64,000 nucleotides of DNA from Mytilus edulis (lineage: Eukaryota): the NCBI RefSeq assembly GCF_963676685.1, contig NC_092355.1, positions 11,656,001 through 11,720,000 on the forward strand, given 5' to 3'. The notes under the pieces were generated by a model that worked only from the letters and a program-made list of their open reading frames with translations, had not been told where the DNA came from and did no database searches. Shown in pieces: positions 48,579 through 61,739 of the stretch. Positions within the stretch are counted from its first letter, which is position 1, and every line of letters begins with the position of its first letter. Position numbers and translations under genes: made by a program.

Positions 48579-51500
48579 TCAGTCTTTAAAGAAGTCTTCG
48601 ATTAAATTTACTGGTGCTTGATTTAGAAATTTATTTAAGTTCCTTAGGAAATCAACACATTCTTTTGTTGTAAAATCAAATTTCTTCCGGTGTTCCCTTA
48701 AAACTCGTTCCCATTCCAATCTATTGCTTACGTCAAAATCAATGTTATGTCGTATTCTATTGCACGTAAGTCTAAGGTCAAAATTGCTTGCTTGGTGTCG
48801 GTTCTCAAACTGTCCACAATAAGTTTTACACACTGACTTCATTTCGTTGTATTCATGTTCACATCTATGTGTGTCTCCAAGTCTAAAATAGCACAAACAC
48901 CGTAAAAAGTAAATATAACTTCTTGAACAATATTTTGCAATTGTCAGTCCATATTGAAAACACATATTCTTTTTCTTTCCCTTAAATACTTCTAGTAATT
49001 CTCGGGGAACTATTAATGATGTAATCGGGAACTCAAAATTAGACGACGTTAAATATAACATTTCAGTGAAATCGCGTGTAGTCCTTAAGAAGTTGTAAAA
49101 TAAACCAGTCTTCATTATTCTTTTACCTTCATGAAACATACACAAATCTAAGTTCTTCAAACCTGCATTGGTTACTTGTAGACTTTCATTATATCTCCCG
49201 CGAGTGTATAACCATGAGGATAATAGTATTTTACCAGATACAATACTGTCTAAAGATTCCATTGTTAACAAATGCATTTCCAATTTACGTAATGTGTACA
49301 GTGATTTTTGTCCAAGATTTGAATTATCCGTGTCTATGAAATGGCAAACCAGTGAAATAGTTTTATGTCTAATGACTGGCACTTTGCAAATTGTTGATAA
49401 GAAAGATTTGTTCATAGGAATAACTTTAGACATAATATAATACGTTCTTTCCCTGCAAAGCTGAATTATATCAAAAGTTAATTTGAAAATGTCTAATTGT
49501 TCCTTTTTGTAGACAGTATGGTTTAAAATGTCAATATCAAGCTTTTGTCTTGTCATAAAGTAAGAAAATCGTTCAAGAGTTTTTGTTTGCAGCACCCATT
49601 GCCATCCATGGCAAGCAATATCACATAAAATTTGTAACAAAACTTTTTTTTCTGCAGTATTGAATCTTTCACGGAACAAGTTATTACCTTTTACAAAATA
49701 ACTTGGACAATTCATGGCATTCACAAACTGTATTAATCGTCTGAGACAAAGATGAAAACAAAGGAGTATATTCTGAGGAATCCAATAAGATGAACTAGTG
49801 TCTTCTATTACCCAGAACATCACCGTTTTCATAACGTAGGAACAAAGTAGTTCTGCAACATTTGGTTTGTTCATAATCTCTCTCAAAATTAGTTTGAGAA
49901 CCCCATATACTAATATCTGGGTATGATTGAACGTTTCTATTAGCTGTTTTTCCGCTGTACAAAACGATAATCTCCAATCTTTATCCACGGCATGATTTCT
50001 GCTGCTTCCTACAGGAACAATATGACATCCTTTTTGAACAATAGAATAAATCATTTCCTGAGAAGGCCATCCAAATTTCCGATTACGATGTATCCATTCC
50101 ATTGCAATTTTTGGCCATGATTCACTTTTTAGTGAAAAGATCTGATCATAGTCTACATCCCGTGTTGATCGCATAAATGCAGGTCCATGCTGTTTTAACT
50201 TAGTACAATTCTTTATACCTAATATATCATTAAGTACATTCAAACAAGTGTGAAGTTCATTACTTGGTACAAAGTTTCTTAACATCACATATCCAGGGTG
50301 TATAATATCCATCAATGAATCATATTCAACAACAAACATTGCATCATTGTTTTGTTCTCCCGTTTCATGCACCGGTATATTTGCTACAAAAAGGTAATCA
50401 ATGTCACTTCTAGACATGTCTAAACCTTCAGATGTACTACCGATAATTTCCATTTGGGCTGAATAAGGATGATTTATTTTATTATGAAATTTATTAATCA
50501 ATAGTCGACGAAGTTTCACTATTTTTGCAGTCCCAATATGAAGACTTAGAAAACGGGAAAATAATTCGGATTGTGTCCTCAGTATAGCTATCCGTTCCTC
50601 TCTTTTACCTTCAAAATGAAAAAAAAATGTCGAAGTGAAATGTGAACAGTATATATCAATATATGTTACAGTAAATGTATAATTGTGTAAGAAGGGTATT
50701 AATTTGTCGCGAATTGTGCACAATCACTAGAAAAAAACAAGACATCATTTTAACAGGATGCTAAAATGAAGTCTCCTAAGCAAAATTTGTATAAGTGTGA
50801 ACCGATGAAGACTCTCTATTAATCATCAATTTTTAAAGCATTTGCAACATTTTTGGAGAACTGCTGCGGTGTTCAAAATTGAAAATCGCTGCGTAATAAT
50901 AGTAATAATAATAATAACACTTGCAATAGGAACTTAGCAAAACCACTACATTGCCAAACTTTGTTTCTTGAGACTTAGATTTCAGGGATCATAACTGATT
51001 ACAGGAACAAACAGACAAAAAATTAAAAAATAAAAATTTGACACAATCCACATTATATGCAAATCATAGATTTTGTGTAATATTACCTACACTACAAATA
51101 AGAAGATGTGATATGATTGCCAATGAAACAACAGTCAACAAGAGACCAAAATGACACAGCCATTAACAATTATAGGTCACCGTACGACCTTCAACAATGA
51201 GCAAAATTCATACCGCAAAGTCAGCTATAAAAGGCCCCGAGAAGACAATGTAAAACAATTCAAACGAGAAAACTAATGGCCTTGTTTATATAGAAAAAAA
51301 TGAACGAAAAACAAATATGTGACACATAAACAAACGACAACCACTGAATTACAGGCTCCTGATTTGGGACAGACATATACTTAAATAATGTGGCGGGGTT
51401 AAACATGTTAGCGGGATCCCAACCCTCCCCCTAACCTGGCACAGTGGTATAACAGTACAACCTAAGAACGAATTATACAAATCAGTTGAAAAAGGCATTA

Positions 51501-53186
51501 CTCATCAGATGGGCAAAAATACAAGTGTACGTGGCCGGGTACTTATACATCCCGACAAAAAAGACACAATGAACAGATCTGAGAGTACTCGCAGTTATCT
51601 GACAGCTAGTTCAAAGTCACTAACACGAATCAATCTAACCTATTTCTTATACATGTTATACGTACAGAACAAGTCGGTTTCCTAAAATATCTCACAATTT
51701 TCACGAAGCCAGTGCATAAGGGATTGTATTTGAATATTGTAAAGAAGGGATAATTGTTATTTATATACTTTTCGCATTATTAAACTAGAGGCTCTAACGA
51801 GCCTGTGTCGCTCATCTTAATATATGTGCATATTAAACAAAGGACACAGATCGATTCATGACAAATGTGTGTTTTAGTGATGGTCATGTGTTTGTAGATC
51901 TTACTTTACTTAACATTCTTGCTGCTTACAATTATCTCTATCTGTAATGAAATTGGTCCAGTAGTTACAGTGGAAAATAGTGTAAACATTTACATTTTAT
52001 GAAAATTGTAAAAAAAAAATGACTATTAAGGCCACAACTCCTTAGGGGTCAATTGACCATTTTGATCATGTTGACTTATTTTTAGGTCTTACTTTGCTGT
52101 ACATTATTGCTTTTTACATTTTATTTATATCTATAATAATATTCAAGATAATAACCGAAGACTGCAAAGTTTTCTTAAACGATCACAAAAATTTATGAAA
52201 AATGGTTAAGAATTAGCTATAAAGGGAAATAGGGGTCAATTGATAATTTTGGTCGTGTTGACTTATTTTTAGATCTTACTTTGCTGAACATTTTTGCTTT
52301 TACAGTTTATCTCTATTTATAATAATATTCAAGATAATAACAATAAACTGCAAAATTTCCTTACAATTACCAAAATCAGGGGCAGCAACCTAACAACGGG
52401 TTGTCCGATTCATCTGAGAATTTCAGGGCAGATAGATGTTGACCTGATAAACAATTTCACCCGATGTCAGATTTGCTCTAAATGCTTTGGTTTCAGAGAA
52501 TCTATATTTTACCCCTGTCTTCTAAGATTAGCCATAGCGGCCGTCTTGGTTGGTTGGCCAGGTCACCGGACACATTTTTTTAACTAGATACCCTAATGTT
52601 GATTGTGGCCAAGTTTGATTTAGTTTGGCCCAGTAGTTTCAGAGAAGAAGATTTTTGAAAAAGTTAACGACGACGGACGAAGACGAGGAGATCGACGACG
52701 ACAACGATGGACGAGGACGCCTGACGCAAAGTGACGAGAAAAGCTCACTTGGCCTATCGGCCTTTCCGAAATTCTGTTTTTCGGATTCTATTGAAGACAT
52801 TAGTGTTACTGAGGAAAACAAATGACATTAAAAAAGCATTTATATAGCTTAAGAAAAATCAATGAAAGGACAAACGTTAGCGTTAAACATGTTAAATACA
52901 ATTAAATGTCTAATAATTTCATAATTTTTGGGATATTTACATGACATCATACTCAAACTCAACAAATATATTGTCAATTTAAGCTCCAGCATTTTTTTTA
53001 AATCATCTGCAGTATATATTTTGATAGAATCCGTGTGGTTCTTCATACATTGATAAGTATTATAACCCAAAACATGAAATTTATGTTTATGATTAACTTT
53101 TTATAGAAAAGCAACAAACCTTGAGGAATATTCAAACTATCTAGGAATTTGTCTGTTACTACCACTTCGGAAGAATGTTTTGACAT
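48579..53186 (-). CDS. cGAS-like receptor / Mab-21 nucleotidyltransferase B. Main exon 50608-48579; upstream exon 53456-53120 partly decayed, possible start ATG at 53186.
   Basis: Motifs GSTSEGLDMSRSDIDYL, HGPA..DYDQI, WRLSF, CSYVMKTVMFW and CPSYFVKGNNLF, colinear with cGLR-A. Donor CAAG|GTTTGT after 53120 is in frame with acceptor CATTTTGAAG| before 50608. Confidence 0.85.
51098..51625 (+). repeat. Abundant interspersed repeat family (near full-length copy)
   Basis: AAGAAGATGTG.TATGATTGCCAATGA...CCTTCAACAATGAGCAAA...GGCTCCTGA.TTGGGACAG...GGCGGGGTTAAACATG. Related pieces at ~6430-7110, 29900-30820 and 62635-63240. Confidence 0.75.
51782..52770 (+). mobile_element. Helentron/pearl-like non-autonomous element with internal tandem core repeats and a GACG-rich tail
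   Basis: Starts AACTAGAGGCTCT..GAGCCT (subterminal palindrome). ~185-bp internal repeats (TAGGGGTCAATTGA at ~52043 and ~52230). (GAC)n/GGAC microsatellite at 52667-52725, then AAAAGCTCAC. Confidence 0.7.
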
Positions 53187-54159
53187 ATTGCTGTCGCTTA
53201 AAGACAGTGAATCAACACAGTGTCTGTCTTTTCTAAACACTCTTCATTTAAATTTGAGTTACACAAGCCTTTCTTTAGTTGTTTTACTGATCGCAACCCA
53301 CTTGTTCGTGAAGTAGTTCTGAGGTTTTCTTCAATCATCTATTCGAGGAGTCATTATCGTAGTTCTACTTTCCCCTTTTGTAATAATCTTCATAAACTAT
53401 CTTATAAGGGAATTCGTAGAAAAGGTTTTTGGGCCATTGTTCTTCATATGCTTAAACTGAAAGAGATAAAGACATAATAAAATATTTGATACAAAAGTTT
53501 TTCGTTCACTTTCCAATTGAGGAGTTTTATCTGACAGTAATTTATGCAAAGTTCAGCTTAGTAAATAAATCAGTTATTTCAGATAATTAGCAAACTTAAA
53601 AAGAATAGTATATAGGAAGATAAACCTAAAAAAATGAATGGAATATTATGAAATTTCTCCCTTTGTATCATTGCCGTATTATCAAATATTTTTAAGTCAA
53701 AAGTCAAAGATCTGAACCTATTTCAAGATACTAAGTCTGGAAAACATGATTTATTTATTTGTTATAATAGTCTTTGCGTTTGCTTTCAGTAACTATAAGT
53801 AGTCTTAGATCATTACGTTGTGACCTTTGTCATTTTGTCAGTTGTGTAACTAGGTGCTTTATGTAGAACTGACGACTCAAGCCTTTTTGTTTGATAGTTG
53901 TTTATCATTTTGTACCTTTGTACATCTGTCTAAAATGAGTAAAGGATTGAGTGACCTCGAAACATGTAGCTCCGCACGATATTCATTTGGGTCTGAATCC
54001 ATTAGTCAGCTGCGAATGTGTTTAGTCGCTGAATTCATAGTGTTTTTGGTTTATTATTATGTATGAATTGTTTACATTTGAAATTTCAGGTTGAAGCCGC
54101 AAGGTGACATATAGCTGAGTTATTCAATCTTTGGTGTTGTAAAATCCAAAAAATACATA

Positions 54160-57100
54160 TAGTACGGCGGCTTTGTGAAAAATTGTGCATATCCTGCTAC
54201 AAGCATGAAATTTGGCATAGACCTTCCTCAGCTATTACTCTTTTATTTCAGATAGGGAGGCATTTGAAAAAAAAGTCTCACTTCCGGTAAAATCCAAAAT
54301 GGCGGACGTCATACTTAAATCAGCCCAATATCGAAGGCTAGTGTGTAAAAATGTGTTATTATCATGCTACTATCATAATATTTGAAACAAACCTTTGTTT
54401 TTTACTTCTTTTGGATAAATGAAATAAATAAGATGTCTTCAGAAACCCTACTTCCGGTTAAAATCCAACATGGCGGACATTGTACTTAAATAAGCTTATT
54501 TTTTAGAGAGGGTAATTGAAATGTGTTTTAACGTATTGCTACTATCATAACATTGTGCAGGAACCTTTCTTTGGTGCTTCTCATGGATACAATGTATAAG
54601 ACATATGTCTTAAAAATCCTTACTTCCGGTAATATCCAAAATGGCGGACATAGACATATCAATTTATTATTCAAATTTTCACCTTTTTTTTAAAATGTAA
54701 AAAAATGATTTTTTTTTTATGCTGGTCATTAAAATTTTGGCTTTAAGTTATCCCCAAAACCACAAATTTTATCATTTTGTAAATGTTTATATAAATATAT
54801 ATATGTAAATATAAAGTTGACACTTCCGGTAAAAATATGACGAAAATTTCAAAGATGAGTCCTCAATCCATTTCTTCGATGTAGAGTTTTGGATAGATTA
54901 GTTTAAACAAAATAAAATCACTATAGTACTAAAACATATTTAAAATTACTACAATTTTCGGCCAAAAATAACGATTTCCACGACATGCACACATCGCAGT
55001 GCATGGGAGACCCGATTTTCACAATGTACAAGCTTCTGACAAAATGATGAGGCCTCAGAAAGAGTTTTTATTAAAGGGACCCTCTTTGTCCCTTCGCAAT
55101 CCATTAGTGCCTGGACTGGGTAGCATAAGAGCCAATCCCAAGCTCGTCTCACTGGACACCTGCATTAGTATATTTGCACGTTTTACATGCTTGAAAAGAC
55201 TAGACCAAGTTGTGGGAATAGCCTCACTTATAATTAGCCTTCCCTTTTGTGCAAAAAATGATTTTCTTGCTTCGTTAATCATGTTAGCTCCATCTGATAA
55301 GTTTGTGCGATCTAGCAGTAAAACCCCGGTGATTTAGGCTGATCAATCATCATTCTTTATATTATAGTCACATCTTCAAATACCACCAATGTCTCCCACG
55401 CAGTCGTTTTTTTCCTTTTCAAGCAAAAGAGAACCGTATCACAACCGGTAAAGGTATGGGTCAGAAATAAGTGTGTGTGATTACTCATTGCCTAGTGCAT
55501 TTGAAAGGCCATTGATAGATATTAATCCAAAGATTTTTGCCTTCCCAAAAACAATCCATAGTTCGTCTACCCCTATGTCATGGAATAGCAAAACAGTAGT
55601 GACAGCATCATCGGTGACTGTTAATCATGAATCGTTTAAGTTCGTGTTTCACTGCATCAGACAAAGCACCATGATTTTAGTGCATGTTTCTTTATGTGAA
55701 CATGGTGCTACACTTGAAATACATCAAGTGGTGGATAAGATAGAATATCCTGAGCATGTGTTGCTACAATTACAATACTCATCAAAGACTTCATCCACTC
55801 TTGTTACAGTTTCAAGGTATTTTATTAAGGTAAGGACATAATACCCAATCATCATACTCGTTCGGAAACACCTTGAAACTGTAACACCATGGATGTAGTG
55901 TCGGATGCGAACATAGAAGCTAAAAGAAGCAAGAGCAACATTTAGGGGAAAGGGAATACACAGACGAATCCAGGGTTAAAAACATCCTCAAAATTGGCAA
56001 AGTTTTCTTAGAGATGACGACAATAAGAAAGAACTTTTAAGTTTTCATTCACAGAGGCTTGCTCAATACAATTTTGAGTACAAGGTAGTTGTAACAACAA
56101 ATGCTCAGGATGTTCAATATTATCCACCACTTGATGATGTTTCAAGTTTAGCACCATGTTTACACGAAGAGACTGACACTATAATCAAGATCTATGTGTC
56201 TGATGCAGTAAAAACAGACTTAACTGAGTCATGACTCGAACAGTCGATACTGATGTCATTGCTGTTTCGCTATTCCGTGACATAGGGGCAGACAAACTTT
56301 GATTTGCATTTGGAAGGGGAAAAAGCTTAAGATATATATCTATCCATGACCTTTCAAATGTACTAGGCATTAAAAGATAACACGTTTGCTGGAAAAGGAA
56401 CTGCGTTGGTGACAATAATCATGTTAATGGCGTTTGAAGATGTGACTTTAGCATTTAGAATGATGATTGACCAGCCAACACCACCATATGGATTTGATAA
56501 ATTTAATGTCATTGAAAACGATACGTGGTTTTGTTGTAAGATCGAAAAAAAACTTATCAGATTGGGTTAACAAAGCAGGAAAATATGTGTTTTTGGAATT
56601 TATGGATGTGAGGACCAATACCACAGTCTTTGTAAATGTGGGAAATCAGCTCTCCGATTATGAATTGCGGCCTAACGAGTATGCTGATTGGGTATTATGT
56701 CCTTACCTTAATAAAATACATTGAAACTTTAATACGAGTGGATGAAGTCTTGGATATGTGTGGTAGTTATAGCAACAAATGGTCAGGACATTCTATCTTA
56801 TCCACCACGTGATGTGTTTCAAGTTTAGCACCAAGTTCACATTTAGAGGCAGACGCTAGAATTGTGGTGCATGTGTCTGATGCAGTGAAACATGAACTTA
56901 AACGAGTCATGATTCGAACAGTCGTTAATGATGATGCTGTCACTACTGTTTCGCTATTCCGTGACATAGGGGTATACGAACTATGGATTGTGTCTGGGAG
57001 GGCCAAAGACTTTGGATTAATATCTATCAATGACCTTTCAAATGCACTAGGCAATGAGTGATCTGACACACTTATTGTTATCCATGCCTTTACCTGTTGT

Positions 57101-58373
57101 GATATGGTTCTCTCTTTGCTTGAAAGGAAAAAAACTATGTGGGAGACATTGATTGCATTTGAAGATGTGACATAAAGAATGGTGATTGTCAAACTAAATC
57201 ACCGGGGTTTTACTGTAAGATCGCACAAACTTAACAGATGGGTATAACATGGTTAACGAAGCAAGAAAATCATTTTTGCACAAAAGGGAAGGCTTATTAT
57301 AAGTGAGGCTATTCCTTCAACTTGGTCCAGTCTTTTCCAGCATGCAAATCATGCAATATACTTAGGTAGGTGTTTAGCGAGACGAGCTATGGATTGGCTC
57401 TTATGCTACCCACTCCAGGCGGGGACAAAGAGGATAACTTTTAAAAATCTCTTTTTGAGGCCTCATCATTTTGTCAGAAGCTTGAACATTGTGGATATAA
57501 AAAAGGATGCCGCGGTCATTTTTAATGTAGAAAATCAGGTCTCCCGTGCACTGCGATGTGTGCATGTCGTGGTGATCGTTATTTTTGGCCGAAAATTGTA
57601 GTAATTTTAAATATGTTTTAGTACTATAGTGATTTTATTTTGTTTTAACCAATCTATCCAAAACTCTACATCGAAGAAATGGATTGAGGACTCATCTTTG
57701 AAAATTACGTCATATTTTTACCGGAAGTGTCAACTTTATATTTAAACATTTACAACATGATAAAATTAGTGGTTTTGGGGATAACTTAAAGCCAAAAGAT
57801 TGATGACCAGCACAAAAAAAAATTTATTTTCTTTAAAAAAAGTTGAATATTTGAATAATTAATTGATATTTCTATGTCCGCCATTTTGGATATTACCGGA
57901 AGTAAGGGTTTTTAAGACATAAGTCTTATACATTATAACCATCAAAAGCACCAAAGAAAGGTTCCTGCACAATGTAATGATAGTAGCAATACGTTAAAAC
58001 ACATTTCAATTAACCTCCCTAAAAAATAAGCTTATTTAAGTACAATGTCCGCCATGTTGAATTTTAACCGGAAGTAGGGTTTTTGAAGACATCTTATCTA
58101 TAAAATATACCAAAAGTAGTACATAACAAAGGTTTGTACCAAATATTATGCTAGTAGCATGATAATAACACCTTTGAAATACTAGCCTGCGATATTAGGC
58201 TGATTCAAGTATGACGTCCGCCATTTTGGATTTTACCGGAAGTGAGACATTTTTTTCAAATGCCTCCCTATCTATAATAAAAGAGTATTAGTTGAGGAAG
58301 GTCTATGCCAAATTTCATGCTTGTAGCAGAATGTTTACAATTCGTCTGAAATATGCTTGTAGCCGCCGGACTT
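54160..58373. mobile_element. Fold-back derivative of an Academ-like (XPG-nuclease-bearing) DNA transposon
   Basis: Arms 54160-55862 and 56674-58373 are inverted copies. Termini are TAGTACGGCGGCT / AGCCGCCGGACTT with a probable ATA TSD. Decayed XPG/FEN motifs H(L/E)E(A/T)D, DTDV/DDAV and HAFTCCD, followed by a Cys-rich tail. Three subterminal CTTCCGGT..AATCCAA.ATGGCGGAC repeats per arm. Confidence 0.75.
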
Positions 58374-59477
58374 ATAACTCTGAGAAAAATTCAAAACGAA
58401 AGTCCTTTACCAAATGGTAAAACTAAAAGCGCAAGCACATCAAATGAACAACTGTCATATTCCTGACTTAGTACAGGCAACACGATGAAGTAAACCTAGT
58501 TCTATATCTAGCTAACATTTCAATACAATGATTTTTTATTTGACTTTTAGAATTAGAAAATTAAAAAAAATTAAAGCATTGATTCTTCTCACATTCAAAT
58601 TGTAAATGCAAACTCCTCAAATACATTAAAATTAAAAATATTCGTACATGTCTAATGTGGAGCCTTTTTCAAAGTAGCATGATCAATTGAAAAAATCAAA
58701 ATCAAAATTTTTCAACTTTTTCATTTGTCATGAACAGTAGTTTACCGCTAGCCATACCGACCGCTTAAATTGCAGTGTTGAAACAACGGAGCTTACATTA
58801 AAACACTTCCTGACAGATAGCAAGTACAAACAAAAGCCAGAACACACAAAACAGAGAAATTCATGAATAAATAATATTAAAGTAGATTCCCACAGTTTTA
58901 GCTTGTAACCCGGATTTGATTTTTCCTGTTTAAGTCAGTGAAAAGCTCATAGAAATATAAAAGTACTAAAAATACTAAATGAATACCGGTGTATGATTAC
59001 TTTCTTCAAATGATTGATTATCAATGACTTGGTTTGCTTAATCTGCGTTTTACATTTGCACAAATTAGATCTTGACTTCAATTGTTTCGCCTCTGTCTGA
59101 TCTGATTTTGTGACTTATGTAAATGTCATCATTCCGAATTTATAGACAGAGCATGATCTTATTTGGCCATTAGGCATCGTTCTGGTTTCATGACATGTCA
59201 CCAGATAGTAAAGACGCCTTATCTCATGTCAGGAAGAGGGTAAATACAGACCAATGTTTTATATAAGACAATTATCTTCGTTTGTATTTATATTAGTTTT
59301 GGCGTAAATATCTATGAGTTGGTTTCTTTATGATTAATAATATGCAATCTCAAATAAATATTCTATTAACTTCAATTTTATATATACCATAATTAATAGA
59401 ACACGTTAAAGTACATATCTTTTGAAGCATCTGTACCAAAGTATATATCTGGAACTGATCGAAATGCAATAACACCT

Positions 59478-59649
59478 AGATTGCGTTCAATATCGTAGCG
59501 GCTACATAGGGGTACGTAGATTTATGACTTTTGAACTACAGATAGCTTAGCTGCTACATATATAGTGATAGCAGCTAGGCTAGCTATTTGTTCAATAGAC
59601 AAAAATCTACGTAGCACTGCGTAGCAGATACGATATTGAACGCAACCCT
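59478..59649. mobile_element. ~170-bp palindromic MITE
   Basis: TTGCGTTCAATATCGTA...TACGTAGATTT...AGCTGCT / AGCAGCT...AAATCTACGTA...TACGATATTGAACGCAA forms a near full-length hairpin. Confidence 0.8.
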
Positions 59650-61739
59650 TGTGTCAACGATCATTATTTTAAGTATTGGATTCTAATAAACTATTCTATT
59701 TGGAGACAATGGTCAAGTAAACGATAACACATTCAAGTCACAGGCAAGATATATATCTATCAAATTAATGTTAAACATTGTCATGATTTAATAGAAAACT
59801 AATACTTGCACGACAATTGTATTTTTTCAATCTAAAAATATCAGTGTGCGTAGGACACAACCATGTTGCTCAACAAAGGAATTGGATTATTGTTTTTATT
59901 TATGATATTTATAACTACTTCCATTTTTGTAGGTTATATATTTCGGAAACTTGTTTCCAAATTGCATGCTCATGGAATGTCTATTGTTTGCTTTAAGTGA
60001 TAATGATTAATTAACTCAAGTGATAGTATATATATTATTTGACTTTAAACTATTACATATACATTTGATTATTATAACATATACGTACCTGTTCAGCGGA
60101 AAACTGCGAGGATATCGATTACCATGTCTATATTAAAGTATTTATAAATTAAGTGAACAGTAGTCCATTGCCGATGTAACACTGTTTTTCTTTTTAATCA
60201 CTATATGGCAAAACAAATTATCAGTGGGCATACACTTAAGATATTGTATTTTTGAACAATAATTGTATCCGTATTGAACGTGAAAGTCCTGTGCTTGTAA
60301 ATCATATGAAATACGCTTAATTTAAAATGAATCAATATCGCTGATTTTTTACTTATGCTACGTGTGCAAACTAGTTTTAAACATCGACCTATTGTGGTAA
60401 TATGATCGGCTACAAATAAGAATTGCATACAGGTAAAGTGTTCACGGATGAAAAAGCGGAGATACTTTGACTATTTTTGTATCTAGAACTAAACAACAAC
60501 GCGTGACAAAGTTTTAAACAAGTATATTTATACATGTTATATAAAAATGAGGTCCGGTATAACACCTGTCTATCATTAAGTATTTCGTATTTGCAAATGA
60601 ACTTTTAAAAAGTAGATCATAGCAATAGATTATAATATCAAATTGTCTATAAATAACATTAGTTCATGGACCAATTGCAACGGTCATAAGAGTAAAAAAA
60701 GTGTTAAACCTGATCAACTCAACGCCAACATGTTCTATCATAAAAACGATGTTTAGAGCTCCTAATGGGTGAACATATACTGCTTCACATGCGAAGTGCA
60801 TTCTTTGTCAAATAAACTATGTTAATGGGAACAGCTATTCCCGAGTTCTCTGATTTGAAAGAACGAATCAAGCCGTTAAAGTTTTGATAAAGATTTATTT
60901 GACGTATCATTTAAATGGATTATTTGTAATACATTAAGTCAAAGTGTAACAAGTTTACGGGAGTGCTTGGTACTGTCTTAAATATTCTCAGATACCCAAT
61001 ACACTAAAAACGTTTACTTTCCAGTTTACTCTAATAGTTTTCCCTGATTGTTTTGTCTGCTACCGGTTTCGGAACTGCCGGTCACTGGGATCGGAGTACT
61101 ATTATCAAACCTTAAAATGTCCCGACCAGACCACAGAAGTTTACCGGCGACGCCCTGATGTCATACCTGATGTTTGGTTAACCTGTTACCATTTTAGGTG
61201 TTTTCAAAATATATCTATAGTTACTATAACTTATAAATTGTATACTATGCAGTTTGTACTTTTTCAACGGCAAACATGGAAAACAAGAAGACACAAACAT
61301 GAATATAAGCAAATACAGGTCACACTTGGCCTCTTATAGCACATAAATAATGAGCAAATCCCATAAAGCTACAAAAGCCCCGGAATAAAATAATGTCAAA
61401 CAATCAAATGGAGTTACCTAAAAGTGATCTAATTCACATTGTTCATATTTATTAGGTTGTAAATGATCAAGATAGATCTATGGGGGATAACTTGTATGCA
61501 GATTGAAATTCGTAACTTTTAGGTAATTAAGTTACTGCGAAATTAATGTGTAAGTATGTGTCTGTGTTACTATCTTTTACAATTACATCTAACAGTCGAT
61601 TGTTTCAATTTGAGTCTAAACATTTTAACTGCTCGACTTTGAACTTACATTTGGTCATTTTTCAATAAAAACCTGATTTCTTCTCCAAGCCAATTAAACA
61701 GTTTTGACAAAGGAGTTTTAATTTTAGAACGTGTGTCCC

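Noticed and set aside
52930-53070. Short RT-like fragment (NHTDSIKIYTADDLKKMLE..IDNIFVEF) on the minus strand
   Set aside because: Probably a retroelement relic, but too short and frameshifted to classify. It is not part of the cGLR-B coding sequence.
53930-53975. Hammerhead-like CTC-GAAA-CATG-TA motif
   Set aside because: The upstream CUGANGA core is missing, so it is at most a decayed relic.
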